Source: Candidatus Latescibacterota bacterium
Lineage (GTDB): Bacteria; Latescibacterota; UBA2968; UBA8231
Direction: 5' to 3'
Assembly (NCBI GenBank): GCA_965248355.1
Contig: OZ252098.1
Span: 1,216,001 to 1,280,000, forward strand
DNA: 64,000 nt
Positions 1 to 13,617 of this stretch are shown one piece after another. Positions within the stretch are counted from its first letter, which is position 1; each line of letters starts with the position of its first letter. A model generated the notes under the pieces. The model ran no database searches, was not told where the DNA came from, and saw only the letters and a list, made by a program, of their open reading frames with translations. The translations under genes and the position numbers were made by a program.

Positions 1-831
1 GAGGGTGGAGATGCCCGCCGCCCGCAGGCAGTTGGCCGAGCGCACGGAGAGCTCCAGTTCGTCGATCTGCGTGGCCAGCAGCCTTGCGATGCGCTTGGTC
101 TCCTCGTCGACTTCCTTCTCCAGCCCGGCCCCGGAGGGTTCCTCCTCGAAGTTGGCGATCAGGCCGAGGTGCTCGATGAGGATGCGCGCCGCCTGGGCCA
201 CGGCGTCCTCAGGCCCCATGGACCCGTCCGTCCACACCTCCAGCATGAGGCGGTCGTAGTCGGTACGCCGACCAACGCGGGCGTTCTCGATGTCGTAGTT
301 GACCTTCAGCACCGGCGAGTAGTTGGTGTCCAATGGGATCGTGCCGATGGGCTGGTCGGCGCTCCGGTTCTCCTCGGCGAATACGTAGCCCCGCCCCGTG
401 CCAACGGTGAGGTCCATGTTGAGGCTCACGCCCTTGCCGAGGGTGGCGATGTGAAGATCGGGGTTCATGATTTCCACGCTGGGGTCGACGGCCAGGTCCT
501 TGGCGGTGACCTCACCCTTGGCTTCTACCCGCAGGGTGCGGTCCTCCTCGCCGTGGTACCGGATGGCCACTTCCTTCAGGTTCAGCACGATCTCCGGGAC
601 GTCTTCGCGCACGCCCTTGACGACCGAGAACTCGTGCTGCACGCCTTCGATGCTCAGGGACTTGACGGCAGCGCCCTGAATCTGAGAAACCAGAACCCGG
701 CGCAGCCCGTGCCCCACGGTGACCCCGAATCCGCGCTCCAGCGGCTGGAAGGTGAACTTCCCGTAGGTGTTGGTGAGGCTCTCCCGATCGATCTCGAGGA
801 GCCTCGGCATCTGGATGCCTTCGAGAGCCAT
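1..831 (-). CDS. rpoA: RNA polymerase alpha subunit (3' end beyond window edge)
   Basis: Manual translation from ATG 831 gives MALEGIQMPRLLEIDRESLTNTYGKFTFQPLERGFGVTVGHGLRRVL; follows rpsD; not in the ORF track. Confidence 0.97.
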   Translation of the reverse strand, partial: MALEGIQMPRLLEIDRESLTNTYGKFTFQPLERGFGVTVGHGLRRVLVSQIQGAAVKSLSIEGVQHEFSVVKGVREDVPEIVLNLKEVAIRYHGEEDRTLRVEAKGEVTAKDLAVDPSVEIMNPDLHIATLGKGVSLNMDLTVGTGRGYVFAEENRSADQPIGTIPLDTNYSPVLKVNYDIENARVGRRTDYDRLMLEVWTDGSMGPEDAVAQAARILIEHLGLIANFEEEPSGAGLEKEVDEETKRIARLLATQIDELELSVRSANCLRAAGISTL

Positions 832-907
832 GTGCTTCGCTATCCCTTGTGAAAGTCGTCGTTGCGATGCCGAACGGGCGGCGGTGTCCCGGTCGGAACC
901 GGTTCTC

Positions 908-1534
908 CTAGACGCGGCTGTAGAACTCGATGACCAACTGCTCCTCCGCCGGCGTCGGTATGTCCTCGCGGCTGCCGCGCTCCACGACCGTGCCCGTGAG
1001 GTTGGCCTTGTCCACCGACAGCCAAGGCACCAACTCCCGGGAACGGCGGAGGGACTCGTGGATGATCTCCAGCTTCTTGCTGCCCTCGACCACGGCGATG
1101 ACGTCGCCCGGGGCGGTGAGGTACGACGGGATATTGACCCGCTTGCCGTTGACGGTGAAGTGGTTGTGACGCACCAGTTGCCTGGCCGCCTTCCGCGATG
1201 GCGCCAGGCCAAGTCGGTAGACGATGCTGTCGAGGCGGCTTTCGAGCAGGCGCAGGAGATTCTCGCCGCTCACGCCGGGGACGCGCGTCGACTCGCGGTA
1301 GTACTTGCGGAACTGTCCCTCGCGCACCCCGTAGATCCGCGCCAGCTTTTGCTTGGCTCGCAGCTGCACGCTGTACTCGGACTGCTTCAGGCGCCTGCCC
1401 TGGCCGTGCTGTCCGGGACCGTAGCTGCGGCGCTCGAAGGCGCATTTCTCGAGCGTACACCTCTCGCCCTTGAGGAACAGCTTGGCTCCCTCCCGGCGGC
1501 AGAGCCTGCAGTTGGGACCGGTATACCTGCTCAT
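908..1534 (-). CDS. rpsD: 30S ribosomal protein S4
   Basis: [35 protein letters not shown]. Confidence 0.98.
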   Translation of the reverse strand: MSRYTGPNCRLCRREGAKLFLKGERCTLEKCAFERRSYGPGQHGQGRRLKQSEYSVQLRAKQKLARIYGVREGQFRKYYRESTRVPGVSGENLLRLLESRLDSIVYRLGLAPSRKAARQLVRHNHFTVNGKRVNIPSYLTAPGDVIAVVEGSKKLEIIHESLRRSRELVPWLSVDKANLTGTVVERGSREDIPTPAEEQLVIEFYSRV

Positions 1535-1555
1535 TCTCGTCGACCTCCGTGGGCC

Positions 1556-1948
1556 TCAGACACGGCGCCGCTTCGGGGGGCGGCAGCCGTTGTGGGGGAC
1601 CGGTGTCATGTCGCGGATGGCAGCGATCTCGAGCCCCGCGTTCTGCAGGGAACGGATCGCCGAGTCACGCCCGACGCCCGGACCCTTGACCCAGACCTCG
1701 ACGCGGCGCAATCCCATGCTGATCGCCTCCTGGGCGGCCCTCTCCGCGGCCAGCTGGCCGGCGAAGGGCGTGGATTTGCGGCTGCCGCCGATGCCCACCT
1801 TGCCCGGTGTGGCCCAGGAGATCACGTTGCCCTCGACATCGGTCAGGGTGACGATGGTGTTGTTGAAGGTGGACAGGATGTGGGCGATGCCCAAAGCCTC
1901 CACCTTCTTCGATTTCCTGCGGCGGCGACGGCCTTTTTCGGGTGGCAA
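1556..1948 (-). CDS. rpsK: 30S ribosomal protein S11 (TTG start)
   Basis: [33 protein letters not shown]. Confidence 0.98.
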   Translation of the reverse strand: MPPEKGRRRRRKSKKVEALGIAHILSTFNNTIVTLTDVEGNVISWATPGKVGIGGSRKSTPFAGQLAAERAAQEAISMGLRRVEVWVKGPGVGRDSAIRSLQNAGLEIAAIRDMTPVPHNGCRPPKRRRV

Positions 1949-1992
1949 ATCGGATCAATCCCCTGTCGAAGTCAGTCTCTGACGGATTCGGT

Positions 1993-2370
1993 TCACTTTG
2001 TAGCCTTCTTCTTGCCGGCAATGGCTCGCCTCGGGCCCTTCCGTGTGCGGGCGTTGGTCTGCGTCCGCTGGCCTCTCACCGGCAGGCCCCGTCGGTGACG
2101 GAGACCCCGGTAGCAGCCCAAGTCCATGAGACGCTTGATGTTCATGTTCACCTCGCCGCGCAGGGAGCCCTCGACGCGGTACTTGCCCTCGATGATATTG
2201 CGCAGCTGCGTAACCTGCTGCTCCGAGAGGGAGCCCACGCGCGTGTCGGACGTGACCTGCGACTCGGACAGGATCGCCTCGGCCGAGGACCGGCCGAGGC
2301 CGTAGATGTAGGTCAGCCCCACGTCGATGCGCTTGTCCCGCGGAAGGTCGACCCCTGCGATTCGTGCCAT
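1993..2370 (-). CDS. rpsM: 30S ribosomal protein S13
   Basis: [10 protein letters not shown] from ATG 2370; [26 protein letters not shown]. Confidence 0.98.
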   Translation of the reverse strand: MARIAGVDLPRDKRIDVGLTYIYGLGRSSAEAILSESQVTSDTRVGSLSEQQVTQLRNIIEGKYRVEGSLRGEVNMNIKRLMDLGCYRGLRHRRGLPVRGQRTQTNARTRKGPRRAIAGKKKATK

Positions 2371-2423
2371 TCGAGCTCTCTCCTCTTCGTGGGACCGGGA
2401 TCCCACCCCTTGGCCGGTGCGCT

Positions 2424-2540
2424 CTACCCCTGGCGTTGCTTGTGCCGGGGATTGCGCTTGCAGATGACGCGCACCACGCCGTGACGGCGGATGACCTTGC
2501 AGTCGGCGCAACGCTTGGATACGGATGCTCGGACCTTCAT
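2424..2540 (-). CDS. rpmJ: 50S ribosomal protein L36 (Zn-ribbon form)
   Basis: Manual translation [38 protein letters not shown]; too short for the ORF track. Confidence 0.97.
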   Translation of the reverse strand: MKVRASVSKRCADCKVIRRHGVVRVICKRNPRHKQRQG

Positions 2541-2565
2541 GGCGAACCCCTTGTTGCGCGAGCCG

Positions 2566-3900
<1,335 letters not shown>

Positions 3901-3907
3901 GCCGGAC

Positions 3908-4372
3908 TCAGCTCGCCTTCTCGGCCAGGGTTTCGAAGGAACCGCCGGCGGATTCGATCTTCTCCCGCGCCGCCCGGGAGGCGGCGTGGGCCCGCAGGAC
4001 GAGCGGATTGGTCAACTCGCCGTCGCCGAGGATCTTCACCCGATCGGTTGCCTTGCGGACCAGCCCCGCCCGGGCGAGCTCGGCTGTACCTATCTCCCCG
4101 GAGAGTCCAGCCCCCTGGATGGCTCCCACGTTGACGATCTGGTATTCCACCCGGAATCTCTGGTTCGAGAATCCGACCTTCGGCAGACGGCGGTGCAGGG
4201 GCATCTGCCCTCCCTCGAAGCCTGTGCGACGGCCTCGACGGGCGCCGGAACGAGAGCGCTGGCCATTGTGGCCGCGGCCGGCGGTCTTGCCCCTGCCAGA
4301 GCCCGGGCCTTTCCCCTTCCGGGTGGCCGACCGGCGGGAGCCGGGCGGGGGACTCAGTTCTCCTAGTCGCAT
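3908..4372 (-). CDS. rplO: 50S ribosomal protein L15
   Basis: GSGRGKTAGRGHNGQ, FEGGQMPLHRRLPK. Confidence 0.98.
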   Translation of the reverse strand: MRLGELSPPPGSRRSATRKGKGPGSGRGKTAGRGHNGQRSRSGARRGRRTGFEGGQMPLHRRLPKVGFSNQRFRVEYQIVNVGAIQGAGLSGEIGTAELARAGLVRKATDRVKILGDGELTNPLVLRAHAASRAAREKIESAGGSFETLAEKAS

Positions 4373-4385
4373 GGTCGCCGCTCCT

Positions 4386-4571
4386 TCAGGGCCCTTCCTG
4401 TTCCACTACCTCGACGAGGTGCACCACCTTCGCGAGCATACCGCGGATCTGCGGAGTGTCCTCGTGGAGGACGACCTGGTGCAGCCGCCGGATGCCCAGG
4501 GCACGGATCGTGCGCTGCTGCTTGCGGGAACGCCCTATGGCGCTGCGCCGCTGCGTGATGGCGAGCTTCAC
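4386..4571 (-). CDS. rpmD: 50S ribosomal protein L30
   Basis: [10 protein letters not shown]...[11 protein letters not shown]...[13 protein letters not shown]; position in spc operon. Confidence 0.96.
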   Translation of the reverse strand: MKLAITQRRSAIGRSRKQQRTIRALGIRRLHQVVLHEDTPQIRGMLAKVVHLVEVVEQEGP

Positions 4572-5074
4572 CGCAAGCTCTCCACGGCCACTCCCCGAAT
4601 GCGGGCCACCTCCTCGGCATCGCGCAGGTGGCGCAATCCGTCGAGGGTGGCCTTGATGGTATTGTGCGAGTTGCCCGATCCGAGGGACTTGGTGAGGATG
4701 TCACTGATACCCGCCAGGTCGAGAACGATCCGGACGCCGCCGCTGGCGATCACCCCGGTTCCGGGAGAGGCCGGCTTCAGCAGCACGCGGGCGGCGCCGA
4801 ATCGACCGATGATCTCATGGGGGATCGTTCCCAGGGCGACGGGGATGCGGAGGATCTCCTTCTTCGCCTCCTCCGTGGCCTTGCGGATGGCCTCAGCCAC
4901 CTCCCCCGCCTTGCCTGCACCCACGCCCACGTGTCCAGCGCGGTCCCCGGCCACGACCATGGCGGTGAAGGAGAAGTTCCTGCCTCCCTTGCGCACGTGG
5001 GAGACACGTCGCACGCTGTTCTGAACGACCACCTCTGTGAGCTCAAGGTTGCTTGCGTCGATTCGGGATGCCAT
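4568..5074 (-). CDS. rpsE: 30S ribosomal protein S5
   Basis: [25 protein letters not shown]. Confidence 0.98.
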   Translation of the reverse strand: MASRIDASNLELTEVVVQNSVRRVSHVRKGGRNFSFTAMVVAGDRAGHVGVGAGKAGEVAEAIRKATEEAKKEILRIPVALGTIPHEIIGRFGAARVLLKPASPGTGVIASGGVRIVLDLAGISDILTKSLGSGNSHNTIKATLDGLRHLRDAEEVARIRGVAVESLR

Positions 5075-5096
5075 TCTCTCTCTCGATCTCAGTCGC

Positions 5097-5459
5097 TTAG
5101 AACTTCAGGCCGCCCTCGCGAGCGCCTTCGGCGACAGCCCGCACGATGCCGTGATAGTGCAGTCCGGCCCGGTCGAAGACGACTCGCTCGACCCCCTTCT
5201 CCCGCGCCTTCGAGGCCAACAGACGGCCCAGCGCCTTGCCCTGCTCGAGGCGAGGACCGGAGCGCTCGAAATCCTTCGCCAGCGTCGACAGGCCGACGAC
5301 GGAATGACCGGCCAGATCGTCGATGATCTGCGCCTCGATGTTCCGCAGGCTCCTGTGAACCACCAGACGGGGCCGCTCCCGGGTTCCCACCACCTTCTTG
5401 CGGATTCGAAACCGCCGCCGCTGACGAGCGGCGCCCTTCCTCTGTTGCTTGGTGGCCAT
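5097..5459 (-). CDS. rplR: 50S ribosomal protein L18
   Basis: [24 protein letters not shown]. Confidence 0.97.
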   Translation of the reverse strand: MATKQQRKGAARQRRRFRIRKKVVGTRERPRLVVHRSLRNIEAQIIDDLAGHSVVGLSTLAKDFERSGPRLEQGKALGRLLASKAREKGVERVVFDRAGLHYHGIVRAVAEGAREGGLKF

Positions 5460-6016
5460 CAGGCAACCGCCGACTTTCCGGCCTTCCAGTGAATGACCTC
5501 GTTCTCGTAGCGAATCCCCTTCCCCTTGTAGGGATCGGGCTTGCGCTTCTGGCGGATCTCCGCGGCCACTTGCCCCACCTTCTGCTTGTCGATGCCGGTG
5601 ACGACGATGCGCGCCTGGGCGCCGGCCACGGGGTTGGTGATGGCTAGGTCCACTCCCGGGGGCGGCTCGTAGTCGACCTGGTGCGAGTAGCCCACGTTCA
5701 GCCTCAACGTTCCTCCCTGGACCTCGGCGCGGTAACCCACGCCGAACAACTCCAGGTTCTTTGAGAACCCCAGGGTGACGCCCTCCACGGCGTTGGCCAC
5801 CAGCGACCGGGTCAATCCGTGCAAGGCCATGGCCTCCTTGGTCTCCCTCTCGCGCCCGACCACCACCTCCTGGCCGGTGACGGCCACCTCGATGAAATCG
5901 GTGCGATAGTCGAGAGCCAGTGCTCCCTTTGGTCCCTTCACCTTCACCTGCCCCCCCTGGACACTCACCTCGACCCCCTGGGGAAGGGGGATGGGTTGTT
6001 TGCCTACGCGTGACAT
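5459..6016 (-). CDS. rplF: 50S ribosomal protein L6
   Basis: MSRVGKQPI, GVGYRA, PDPYKGKGIRY. Confidence 0.98.
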   Translation of the reverse strand: MSRVGKQPIPLPQGVEVSVQGGQVKVKGPKGALALDYRTDFIEVAVTGQEVVVGRERETKEAMALHGLTRSLVANAVEGVTLGFSKNLELFGVGYRAEVQGGTLRLNVGYSHQVDYEPPPGVDLAITNPVAGAQARIVVTGIDKQKVGQVAAEIRQKRKPDPYKGKGIRYENEVIHWKAGKSAVA

Positions 6017-6032
6017 GGTCGGCTCCGAGTCG

Positions 6033-6431
6033 CTACCACACGCTGCACAGGACTTCGCCGCCGATCCCGGCCCGGCGCGCGTCGCGGTCGGTCATGACAC
6101 CTCGCGAGGTGGAGAGGATGGCCACGCCCAGACCCCGCCGGACCCGCGGCAATCCATCCTTCGCGGCGTACTGCCGCAAACCCGGTCTGCTGAGACGGCG
6201 AATCCCCTGGATGATGCTCTCGTTGGACCCGTCGTAGCGCAGATAGAGGCGCAACTGGCCCTGCTTGCCGTCGTCGTAAAAGGCGAAGTTGTCGATGAAG
6301 CGCTCCTCCGCCAGGACGCGGGCGATTTCTCGCTTGAGTCGCGAGGCGGGGATCTCGACGCTGCGGTGCCCGGCCTGGGCGGCATTGCGGATCCGGGTCA
6401 ACAGGTCGGCGATGGGGTCGGTCATGCTCAT
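6033..6431 (-). CDS. rpsH: 30S ribosomal protein S8
   Basis: [31 protein letters not shown]. Confidence 0.98.
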   Translation of the reverse strand: MSMTDPIADLLTRIRNAAQAGHRSVEIPASRLKREIARVLAEERFIDNFAFYDDGKQGQLRLYLRYDGSNESIIQGIRRLSRPGLRQYAAKDGLPRVRRGLGVAILSTSRGVMTDRDARRAGIGGEVLCSVW

Positions 6432-6441
6432 GGCCGGCTGC

Positions 6442-6627
6442 CTACCAACTCGCCTTGGTCACACCGGGGATCTCGCCCCGCAGTGCCAACTCGCGGAAGC
6501 AGATCCGGCACAGGGCGAACTTGCGGTAGACGGCTCGAGGTCGACCGCAGCGCTGGCACCTCGTGTACTTCCGGACCTTGAATCTCGGCTCGCGGGCCGC
6601 CTTGATCATCAGGCACTTCTTGGGCAT
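6442..6627 (-). CDS. rpsN: 30S ribosomal protein S14, type Z (Zn-binding, 61 aa)
   Basis: [26 protein letters not shown]. Confidence 0.97.
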   Translation of the reverse strand: MPKKCLMIKAAREPRFKVRKYTRCQRCGRPRAVYRKFALCRICFRELALRGEIPGVTKASW

Positions 6628-6644
6628 TCGCTCTCCAAGTCCGT

Positions 6645-7190
6645 TCAGTTGCTGAAGGGCACGCCGAACTGGCGAAGGAGTTCCTTGGCTTCCTCGTCGG
6701 TGCGCGCGCTCGTGACGAAGGTGATGTTCATGCCGCGGATCTGGTCGACCCGGTCATAGACGATCTCGGGAAAGATGATCTGTTCCCGGATGCCCAGATT
6801 GTAGTTGCCGCGGCCGTCGAACCCCTTGGAGGGAACACCGCGGAAGTCGCGCGACTGAGGCAGGGCGAAATTGACGAGACGATCGAAGAACTCGTACATC
6901 CGCTCGCGGCGCAGGGTCACCACGGCGCCGATGGGCATCCCTTGGCGCAGCTTGAAGTTGGAGATCGCCTTTTTCGAGCGCCGCAACGCCGGCTTCTGAC
7001 CGCTGATAGCCGTCAACTCGCCCAGCACCGTATCGAGGACCTTCGGTTCCTGTACCGCCTCTCCCACGCCCGCATTGATGACGATCTTCTCCAGCTGCGG
7101 GACCTCCATTGGGTTCGCGTATTCGAAGCGCTCGCGCAGGGCGGGGGCGACCTGGCTCCTGTAGTGTTCCTTGAGTCGTGCCGTGGCCAT
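6645..7190 (-). CDS. rplE: 50S ribosomal protein L5
   Basis: [30 protein letters not shown]. Confidence 0.98.
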   Translation of the reverse strand: MATARLKEHYRSQVAPALRERFEYANPMEVPQLEKIVINAGVGEAVQEPKVLDTVLGELTAISGQKPALRRSKKAISNFKLRQGMPIGAVVTLRRERMYEFFDRLVNFALPQSRDFRGVPSKGFDGRGNYNLGIREQIIFPEIVYDRVDQIRGMNITFVTSARTDEEAKELLRQFGVPFSN

Positions 7191-7202
7191 TCCGTGGACC
7201 CT

Positions 7203-7520
7203 CTATTGAGAATCGATCATCTCGCCGCTGCGAGCGGCGACGCGGACAGTGCGGCCATCGTCGAGGGACCGCCGACGGACACGCGTTGGCGCATCGGTCT
7301 TCGGATCGACGACCATGACGTTGGATACGTGGATCGGGGCCTCGCGCTCGACGATTCCGCCCTGAGGATCGCGCTGGGTGGGCTTGGTGTGCTTCTTCAT
7401 CATGCGCACGCCTTCGACGATAACGCGGTCCTGGTCGGGATAGACGCGCAGCACGCGGCCCCTCCGGCCCTTGTCGTTGCCGCCGATGATCAGGACCATG
7501 TCGTCTTTCTTGACCTTCAT
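7203..7520 (-). CDS. rplX: 50S ribosomal protein L24
   Basis: KOW motif VLIIGGNDKGRRG; EAPIHVSNVM. Confidence 0.97.
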   Translation of the reverse strand: MKVKKDDMVLIIGGNDKGRRGRVLRVYPDQDRVIVEGVRMMKKHTKPTQRDPQGGIVEREAPIHVSNVMVVDPKTDAPTRVRRRSLDDGRTVRVAARSGEMIDSQ

Positions 7521-7524
7521 CGCT

Positions 7525-7893
7525 CTAGACCACCTCGGGCGCGAGGGAGACGATCCGCATGAACTGTCGGTCCCGAAGCTCGCGCGCCACGGGTCCGAAG
7601 ATGCGCGTACCCCGGGGCTCGTTGTTCTGATCGACCAAGACGGCGGCGTTGTCGTCGAAGCGGATGTATGAGCCGTCCGGGCGCCGGAACTCCTTCTTCG
7701 TGCGCACCACCACCGCCCGGGCCACTTCCCCCTCCTTGAGGGGGCCGTTGGGGATCACGTCGTGGACGGCCACGACCACCAAGTCGCCCACGCCCGCATA
7801 GCGACGCTTGGAGCCGCCGAGCACACGGATGCACTTGGCTCTGCGCGCGCCGGCGTTGTCGGCCATGCGCAGGATGGAGTATTCGTGGACCAC
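7525..7893 (-). CDS. rplN: 50S ribosomal protein L14
   Basis: [29 protein letters not shown]. Confidence 0.98.
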   Translation of the reverse strand: MVHEYSILRMADNAGARRAKCIRVLGGSKRRYAGVGDLVVVAVHDVIPNGPLKEGEVARAVVVRTKKEFRRPDGSYIRFDDNAAVLVDQNNEPRGTRIFGPVARELRDRQFMRIVSLAPEVV

Positions 7894-7896
7894 GGC

Positions 7897-8163
7897 TCAA
7901 CCGGCCTTCTGAATGATCTCGACCAAGCGCCAGCGCTTGGTCTTGCTCAGGGGCCGGCACTCGCGGATACGGACCATGTCTCCCACGCCCGACTCGTTGC
8001 GCTCGTCGTGGGTCACGGCCCTTGTGGTGCGCGAGATGCCCTTGCCGTACAGCCGGTGGGAGGACCGGATCTCGATGGCCACAACGCGCGTCTTCTCGGT
8101 GCTGGCCTTGACGACGCGACCCTCCGCCAGGCGACCTCCGAATGTTCTCTTCCCCTCCTCCAT
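7897..8163 (-). CDS. rpsQ: 30S ribosomal protein S17 (divergent N-terminal half)
   Basis: HRLYGK, HDERNE, GDMVRIRECRPLSKTKRWRL; ATG 8163. Confidence 0.95.
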   Translation of the reverse strand: MEEGKRTFGGRLAEGRVVKASTEKTRVVAIEIRSSHRLYGKGISRTTRAVTHDERNESGVGDMVRIRECRPLSKTKRWRLVEIIQKAG

Positions 8164-8170
8164 GAATTCC

Positions 8171-8407
8171 TCAGGCTGGTTGTATGTCGCCGGCGTCGGC
8201 ACCCGCCACGGGCCGAATCCCCGTCCTGCTCTCGTGGAGCAAGGTGTGCACCCGGGCGATCTCCCGGCGCACTTGGCGCAGCCGGATGGGGCTGCTCAAC
8301 TGACCGAGGGTGTGTTGGAAGCGCAGGTTGAAGCTCTCCTCTTCGAGTTCCTCGAGTCGCGTGTTCAATTCTTCGACGTTCTGCTCTCTCAGCTCACTCG
8401 CCTTCAT
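8171..8407 (-). CDS. rpmC: 50S ribosomal protein L29
   Basis: MKASELRE...FNLRFQ...[10 protein letters not shown] from ATG 8407. Confidence 0.96.
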   Translation of the reverse strand: MKASELREQNVEELNTRLEELEEESFNLRFQHTLGQLSSPIRLRQVRREIARVHTLLHESRTGIRPVAGADAGDIQPA

Positions 8408-8414
8408 GGGATCC

Positions 8415-8825
8415 TCAACCGAGGCGCTCGACGAACTTCGTCTTGATGGGCAGCTTGTGACCAGCCCGGCGCAGGGCCTCCTTGGCCATCTCGGGGGTGA
8501 CACCCGACAACTCGAACATGACGCGACCCGGCTTGACCACGGCCACCCAGTCCTCGGGGGCTCCCTTGCCCTTTCCCATGCGCGTCTCTGCCGGCTTCTT
8601 CGTCAACGGCTTGTCGGGGAAGATGCGAATCCACAGCTTGCCCGTGCGGCTCATGGCTCGGCTGATGGCCACCCGGGCCGCCTCGATCTGGCGGCTGGTG
8701 ATCCAGCCCGGCTCGAGGGCCTTGAGGCCGAACTCCCCGAAGGAGACCAGCGCCCCGCCCTTCGTCTGGCCGCGCATGCGGCCTCGGGACTGCTTGCGCC
8801 ACTCGACCTTCTTCGGCATCAACAT
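8415..8825 (-). CDS. rplP: 50S ribosomal protein L16
   Basis: [26 protein letters not shown]. Confidence 0.98.
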   Translation of the reverse strand: MLMPKKVEWRKQSRGRMRGQTKGGALVSFGEFGLKALEPGWITSRQIEAARVAISRAMSRTGKLWIRIFPDKPLTKKPAETRMGKGKGAPEDWVAVVKPGRVMFELSGVTPEMAKEALRRAGHKLPIKTKFVERLG

Positions 8826-8862
8826 GGAGTGTCCGCTCCTTGTTGCGCGTCATTCCTCGGTC

Positions 8863-9492
8863 TCAATCGACCATCTCACCGTGACAGATCCACACCTTGA
8901 CACCCACGGTACCCGAAACGGTGAAGGCCGTCGACCTGGCGAAGTCGATGTCGGACCGGAGGGTGTGGAGCGGCACCCGGCCCGCCGGCTCCGAGCGCTC
9001 CCGGCGCGACATCTCGGAACCGCCGATGCGTCCGGCGCACTCGATGCGGATGCCCTCCGCCCCCATGCGCATGGACGAGGCCACGGATTTCTTGATCGAT
9101 CGGCGGAAGGCCACCCGCTGCTCGAGCTGCCGGGCCAGGTTGTCGGCCACCAGTTGGGCGTCGAGCTCGGGTTTCTTGACCTCCTGGATATTCAGGGTCA
9201 CGTCCTTCTGCGTCAGCGTCTTCAACTCGTCCCGAAGCTTGTCCACCTCGGCGCCGCGGCGGCCGATGGCGATGCCCGGGCGCGCCGTATGCACCTCGAT
9301 GGTGACCCGCTTCGGGTGGCGCTCGATGTTGACGCGGGAAACCCCGGCCCGCTGCAGGCGCTGGCGGATGTAACGGCGCAGGGTGATGTCCTCTCCCAGA
9401 AGTCCGGAGAAATCCCGCTCAGCGAACCAGTTCGAGCTCCAGGTCTTGATGATGCCCAGGCGCAAACCGTAGGGATGCGTTTTCTGACCCAA
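8863..9492 (-). CDS. rpsC: 30S ribosomal protein S3 (TTG start)
   Basis: [30 protein letters not shown]. Confidence 0.98.
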   Translation of the reverse strand: MGQKTHPYGLRLGIIKTWSSNWFAERDFSGLLGEDITLRRYIRQRLQRAGVSRVNIERHPKRVTIEVHTARPGIAIGRRGAEVDKLRDELKTLTQKDVTLNIQEVKKPELDAQLVADNLARQLEQRVAFRRSIKKSVASSMRMGAEGIRIECAGRIGGSEMSRRERSEPAGRVPLHTLRSDIDFARSTAFTVSGTVGVKVWICHGEMVD

Positions 9493-9503
9493 GTTTCCCT
9501 TCC

Positions 9504-9920
9504 TTACTCGTCCACGGGGGGAGCGGTCTCTTCGGGCTCCTCGTCCGGGGCCACCGGCACCCCGTCGGGACGGCCATCGGAGACGACGATGGTGAGGTGG
9601 CTCTGGCGCTTCAGGATCCGGTTCGCGGCCCCCCGGGCGCGCGGGCGAAGGCGTTTCACGGTCCGGCCCTGGTCGGCGTACACCCGGTGGATGAAGAGCT
9701 CCTCCACCTGCGGGGCGGCGTCGGCCTCCTCGTCCTCCCGGACCGTGGCGTTGGCGATGGCGGATCGCAAGGTTTTCTCGGCAACGCGGGCGGCGAGTCG
9801 GGGGGTAAACTGCAATAAGGCCAAGGCCTCCTCCACCGGCTTGCCGCGGATCAGGTCAATGACTTGGCGCATCTTTGTGGCCGGGATGCCGATGTGCCTG
9901 TGTATGGCGCGCGCTTCCAC
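9504..9920 (-). CDS. rplV: 50S ribosomal protein L22 with acidic C-terminal tail
   Basis: GTG 9920 directly after the rpsS stop; [33 protein letters not shown]. Confidence 0.95.
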   Translation of the reverse strand: MEARAIHRHIGIPATKMRQVIDLIRGKPVEEALALLQFTPRLAARVAEKTLRSAIANATVREDEEADAAPQVEELFIHRVYADQGRTVKRLRPRARGAANRILKRQSHLTIVVSDGRPDGVPVAPDEEPEETAPPVDE

Positions 9921-9921
9921 G

Positions 9922-10209
9922 TTATCGGACGCCGGTGGTGCGCTCGCTGGACCGCCCCCCGTGACTGCGGAAGGTCCGGGTAGGGGCGAACTCGCCGAGC
10001 TTGTGTCCCACCATGTTCTCCGTGATGTATACCGGGATGAATTTGTTGCCGTTGTGCACCGCAAGGGTGTGTCCCACAAAGTCGGGGGTGATAGTAGAAC
10101 GCCTCGACCAAGTGCGCAGGACCTTCCTGTCCCCGGTCTTGTTCATGACCTCGATCTTCTCGGCGAGATGGTCATCCACGAAGGGACCTTTCTTGATCGA
10201 CCGTGCCAC
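9922..10209 (-). CDS. rpsS: 30S ribosomal protein S19
   Basis: [29 protein letters not shown]. Confidence 0.98.
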   Translation of the reverse strand: MARSIKKGPFVDDHLAEKIEVMNKTGDRKVLRTWSRRSTITPDFVGHTLAVHNGNKFIPVYITENMVGHKLGEFAPTRTFRSHGGRSSERTTGVR

Positions 10210-10228
10210 TTCGTCTTCCCTCCCTTGC

Positions 10229-11065
10229 TTACCTGCGGTTCCGTCGGCGCACGATCCAGGCGTTGGACGCCTTCTTGCGCTTCCGGGTCTTGTAGCCCTT
10301 TGTCGGCTTGCCCCAAGGCGTGACCGGATGGCGCCCGCCGGAGGACTTCCCCTCGCCTCCGCCGTGGGGATGGTCCACCGGGTTCATGACCACCCCGCGG
10401 ACCTTCGGCCGCCGGCCGAGCCAGCGAGCCCGGCCGGCCTTGCCCAGCACCACGTTCTGATGGTCGACGTTGCCCACTTGGCCGATCGTGGCCTGACAGA
10501 TGCTCAGGACCTCCCGGATCTCACCCGAGGGCAGGCGGAGCTGAACCCGGCCATCCTCCTCGTCCCGTCCCATGATCTGAACCTCTGAGCCCGCACTGCG
10601 GGCCATGCGGCCACCCTGGCCGGGGTTCAACTCCACGTTGTGGACGGTGGTGCCCACCGGAATCCGCAACAGGGGCAGGGCATTGCCCAGGGCGATGGGG
10701 GCCTCCGCTCCGGCCTGTACCGTGGCGCCCACGGACAGGCCGTTGGGGGCGAGGATGTACCGCCTGTCGCCGTCGCGGTAGATGACCAGGGCGATGAAGG
10801 CGGAGCGGTTGGGATCGTACTCGATGCTGGCGACGCGACCCGGCACGCCGTGGTTGTTGCGGCGGAAATCGATCCTGCGGTAACGCCGCTTGTGCCCGCC
10901 ACCCCGCCGCCGGGCGGTGATCCGTCCGCGGCTGTTGCGTCCGCCGGACTTGGAGAGGGGCGCCGTAAGGGACTTCTCGGGGCCCTCGGTGGTGACTTCG
11001 GCAAAGGCGTTGACCGATTTGAAGCGCTGTGTCGGCGTGACGGGTCGGAACCTCTTGATCGGCAT
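10229..11065 (-). CDS. rplB: 50S ribosomal protein L2
   Basis: [27 protein letters not shown]. Confidence 0.99.
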   Translation of the reverse strand: MPIKRFRPVTPTQRFKSVNAFAEVTTEGPEKSLTAPLSKSGGRNSRGRITARRRGGGHKRRYRRIDFRRNNHGVPGRVASIEYDPNRSAFIALVIYRDGDRRYILAPNGLSVGATVQAGAEAPIALGNALPLLRIPVGTTVHNVELNPGQGGRMARSAGSEVQIMGRDEEDGRVQLRLPSGEIREVLSICQATIGQVGNVDHQNVVLGKAGRARWLGRRPKVRGVVMNPVDHPHGGGEGKSSGGRHPVTPWGKPTKGYKTRKRKKASNAWIVRRRNRR

Positions 11066-11080
11066 CTTGGATCTCGCGAA

Positions 11081-11368
11081 CTAGAGGTTCTCGATGAGCT
11101 CGATGGAGTCGCCGGCCCGCAACTTGACGTAGGCCTTCTTCCAGGCCGAAGTGTAGCCCTTGTAGACGCCCTGGCGCTTCGGCTTGCGCCGGACGGCAAC
11201 CGTACGGACAGCCTCGACCTTGACGTCGAAGATCGACTCCACGGCCCGGCGGATCTGCACCTTGTTGGCCCGCGGGTCGACACGGAAGGTGTAGACATTG
11301 GCATCGCGCAGGGCCGTGGCCTTCTCGGTGATCACCGGAGTCCTGAGGATGCCGCGCATCCCTGCCAT
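11081..11368 (-). CDS. rplW: 50S ribosomal protein L23
   Basis: PVITEKA, ANKVQIRRAVE, WKKAYVKL. Confidence 0.97.
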   Translation of the reverse strand: MAGMRGILRTPVITEKATALRDANVYTFRVDPRANKVQIRRAVESIFDVKVEAVRTVAVRRKPKRQGVYKGYTSAWKKAYVKLRAGDSIELIENL

Positions 11369-11370
11369 CC

Positions 11371-12039
11371 CTACCCCCTCTCCCCTGACTCGCCGGCCTC
11401 GGGGCCCGGCTCGCCGTGCACGGTGACCAGGGCGTCGACGGCGCCGCGAGTCAACAGCAGAGCCTCGGCGGCCAGCACCTCGTAGGTACCGAAAGTCGAG
11501 GCGGAGCGCACTTGAACGCCTGGGATGTTGCGACCGGACATGGCCAGGACCGGCTCGTTGGCGGCGGTGATGAAGAGAAGCTTCCGCCCCTGGAGACCGC
11601 AGGCCTTGAGCATGGCGGCGAAGGACTTCGTGCTCGGCTCTGCAAGCTCGAAGCCGTCCACCACCTGGACCTGCCCTTCCCGGCCCTTGGCGGTCAGCAC
11701 CGAGCGCAGGGCTTGGCGGCGGACCGAACGCTGCAGCCGCATGCCGTAGGAACGCCGCTTGGGCAGACCGAAAGCCACCCCCCCGCCGCGCAGGAGGTTG
11801 GTCGTCACCGAGCCGCGGCGGGCCTGGCCGGTGCCCTTCTGCCGGTGGTGCTTGCGCTTGGAACGGCTGACCTCCGAACGACCCTTCACCGAAGCGTTGC
11901 CTTGCCGCTGGTTGCTCTCGTAGGTGACCACCGCCCGGTGGACGGCGACCTCGGAGATAGGCGCCTCGAAGAGCTCCTCGGGAAGATCCACCGAACCCGA
12001 CCTTTCGCCCTTGGCGCTGAGGATATCGACGGAAGGCAT
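11371..12039 (-). CDS. rplD: 50S ribosomal protein L4
   Basis: ATG 12039 (MPSVDIL); RQGNASVKGRSEV, RQKGTG, GGGVAFG. Confidence 0.96.
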   Translation of the reverse strand: MPSVDILSAKGERSGSVDLPEELFEAPISEVAVHRAVVTYESNQRQGNASVKGRSEVSRSKRKHHRQKGTGQARRGSVTTNLLRGGGVAFGLPKRRSYGMRLQRSVRRQALRSVLTAKGREGQVQVVDGFELAEPSTKSFAAMLKACGLQGRKLLFITAANEPVLAMSGRNIPGVQVRSASTFGTYEVLAAEALLLTRGAVDALVTVHGEPGPEAGESGERG

Positions 12040-12041
12040 AC

Positions 12042-12350
12042 TCAGACCTTGATGTCGATGCCGATACCCGCGGGCAAATCGAGCTTCATAAGCGAATCCA
12101 CCGTCTGCGGCGTCGACTCGTAGATGTCGATCAACCGCTTGTGGACGCGCGTCTCGAACTGCTCCCGGGACTTCTTGTCCACGTGAGGCCCCCGCAGCAC
12201 GGTATACACGGTGCGCTGCGTGGGCAGCGGAACAGGACCCGCGATCCGGGCGCCACTGCGCCGCACGGTCTGGACGATCTCGTCCACCGAACGATCGAGA
12301 GCCGCATGGTCGTAGGCCTTCAGCCGGATGCGAATCCTGTCGACAGCCAC
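12042..12350 (-). CDS. rpsJ: 30S ribosomal protein S10
   Basis: [29 protein letters not shown]. Confidence 0.98.
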   Translation of the reverse strand: MAVDRIRIRLKAYDHAALDRSVDEIVQTVRRSGARIAGPVPLPTQRTVYTVLRGPHVDKKSREQFETRVHKRLIDIYESTPQTVDSLMKLDLPAGIGIDIKV

Positions 12351-12367
12351 CGAAGCGTCCTCCCCGA

Positions 12368-13558
<1,191 letters not shown>

Positions 13559-13617
13559 CTGGGCTTATCCTCTCTGGGGTCTGCGTGCGCGCTCGGGGCG
13601 CGCTGGTCTGCTGTCGT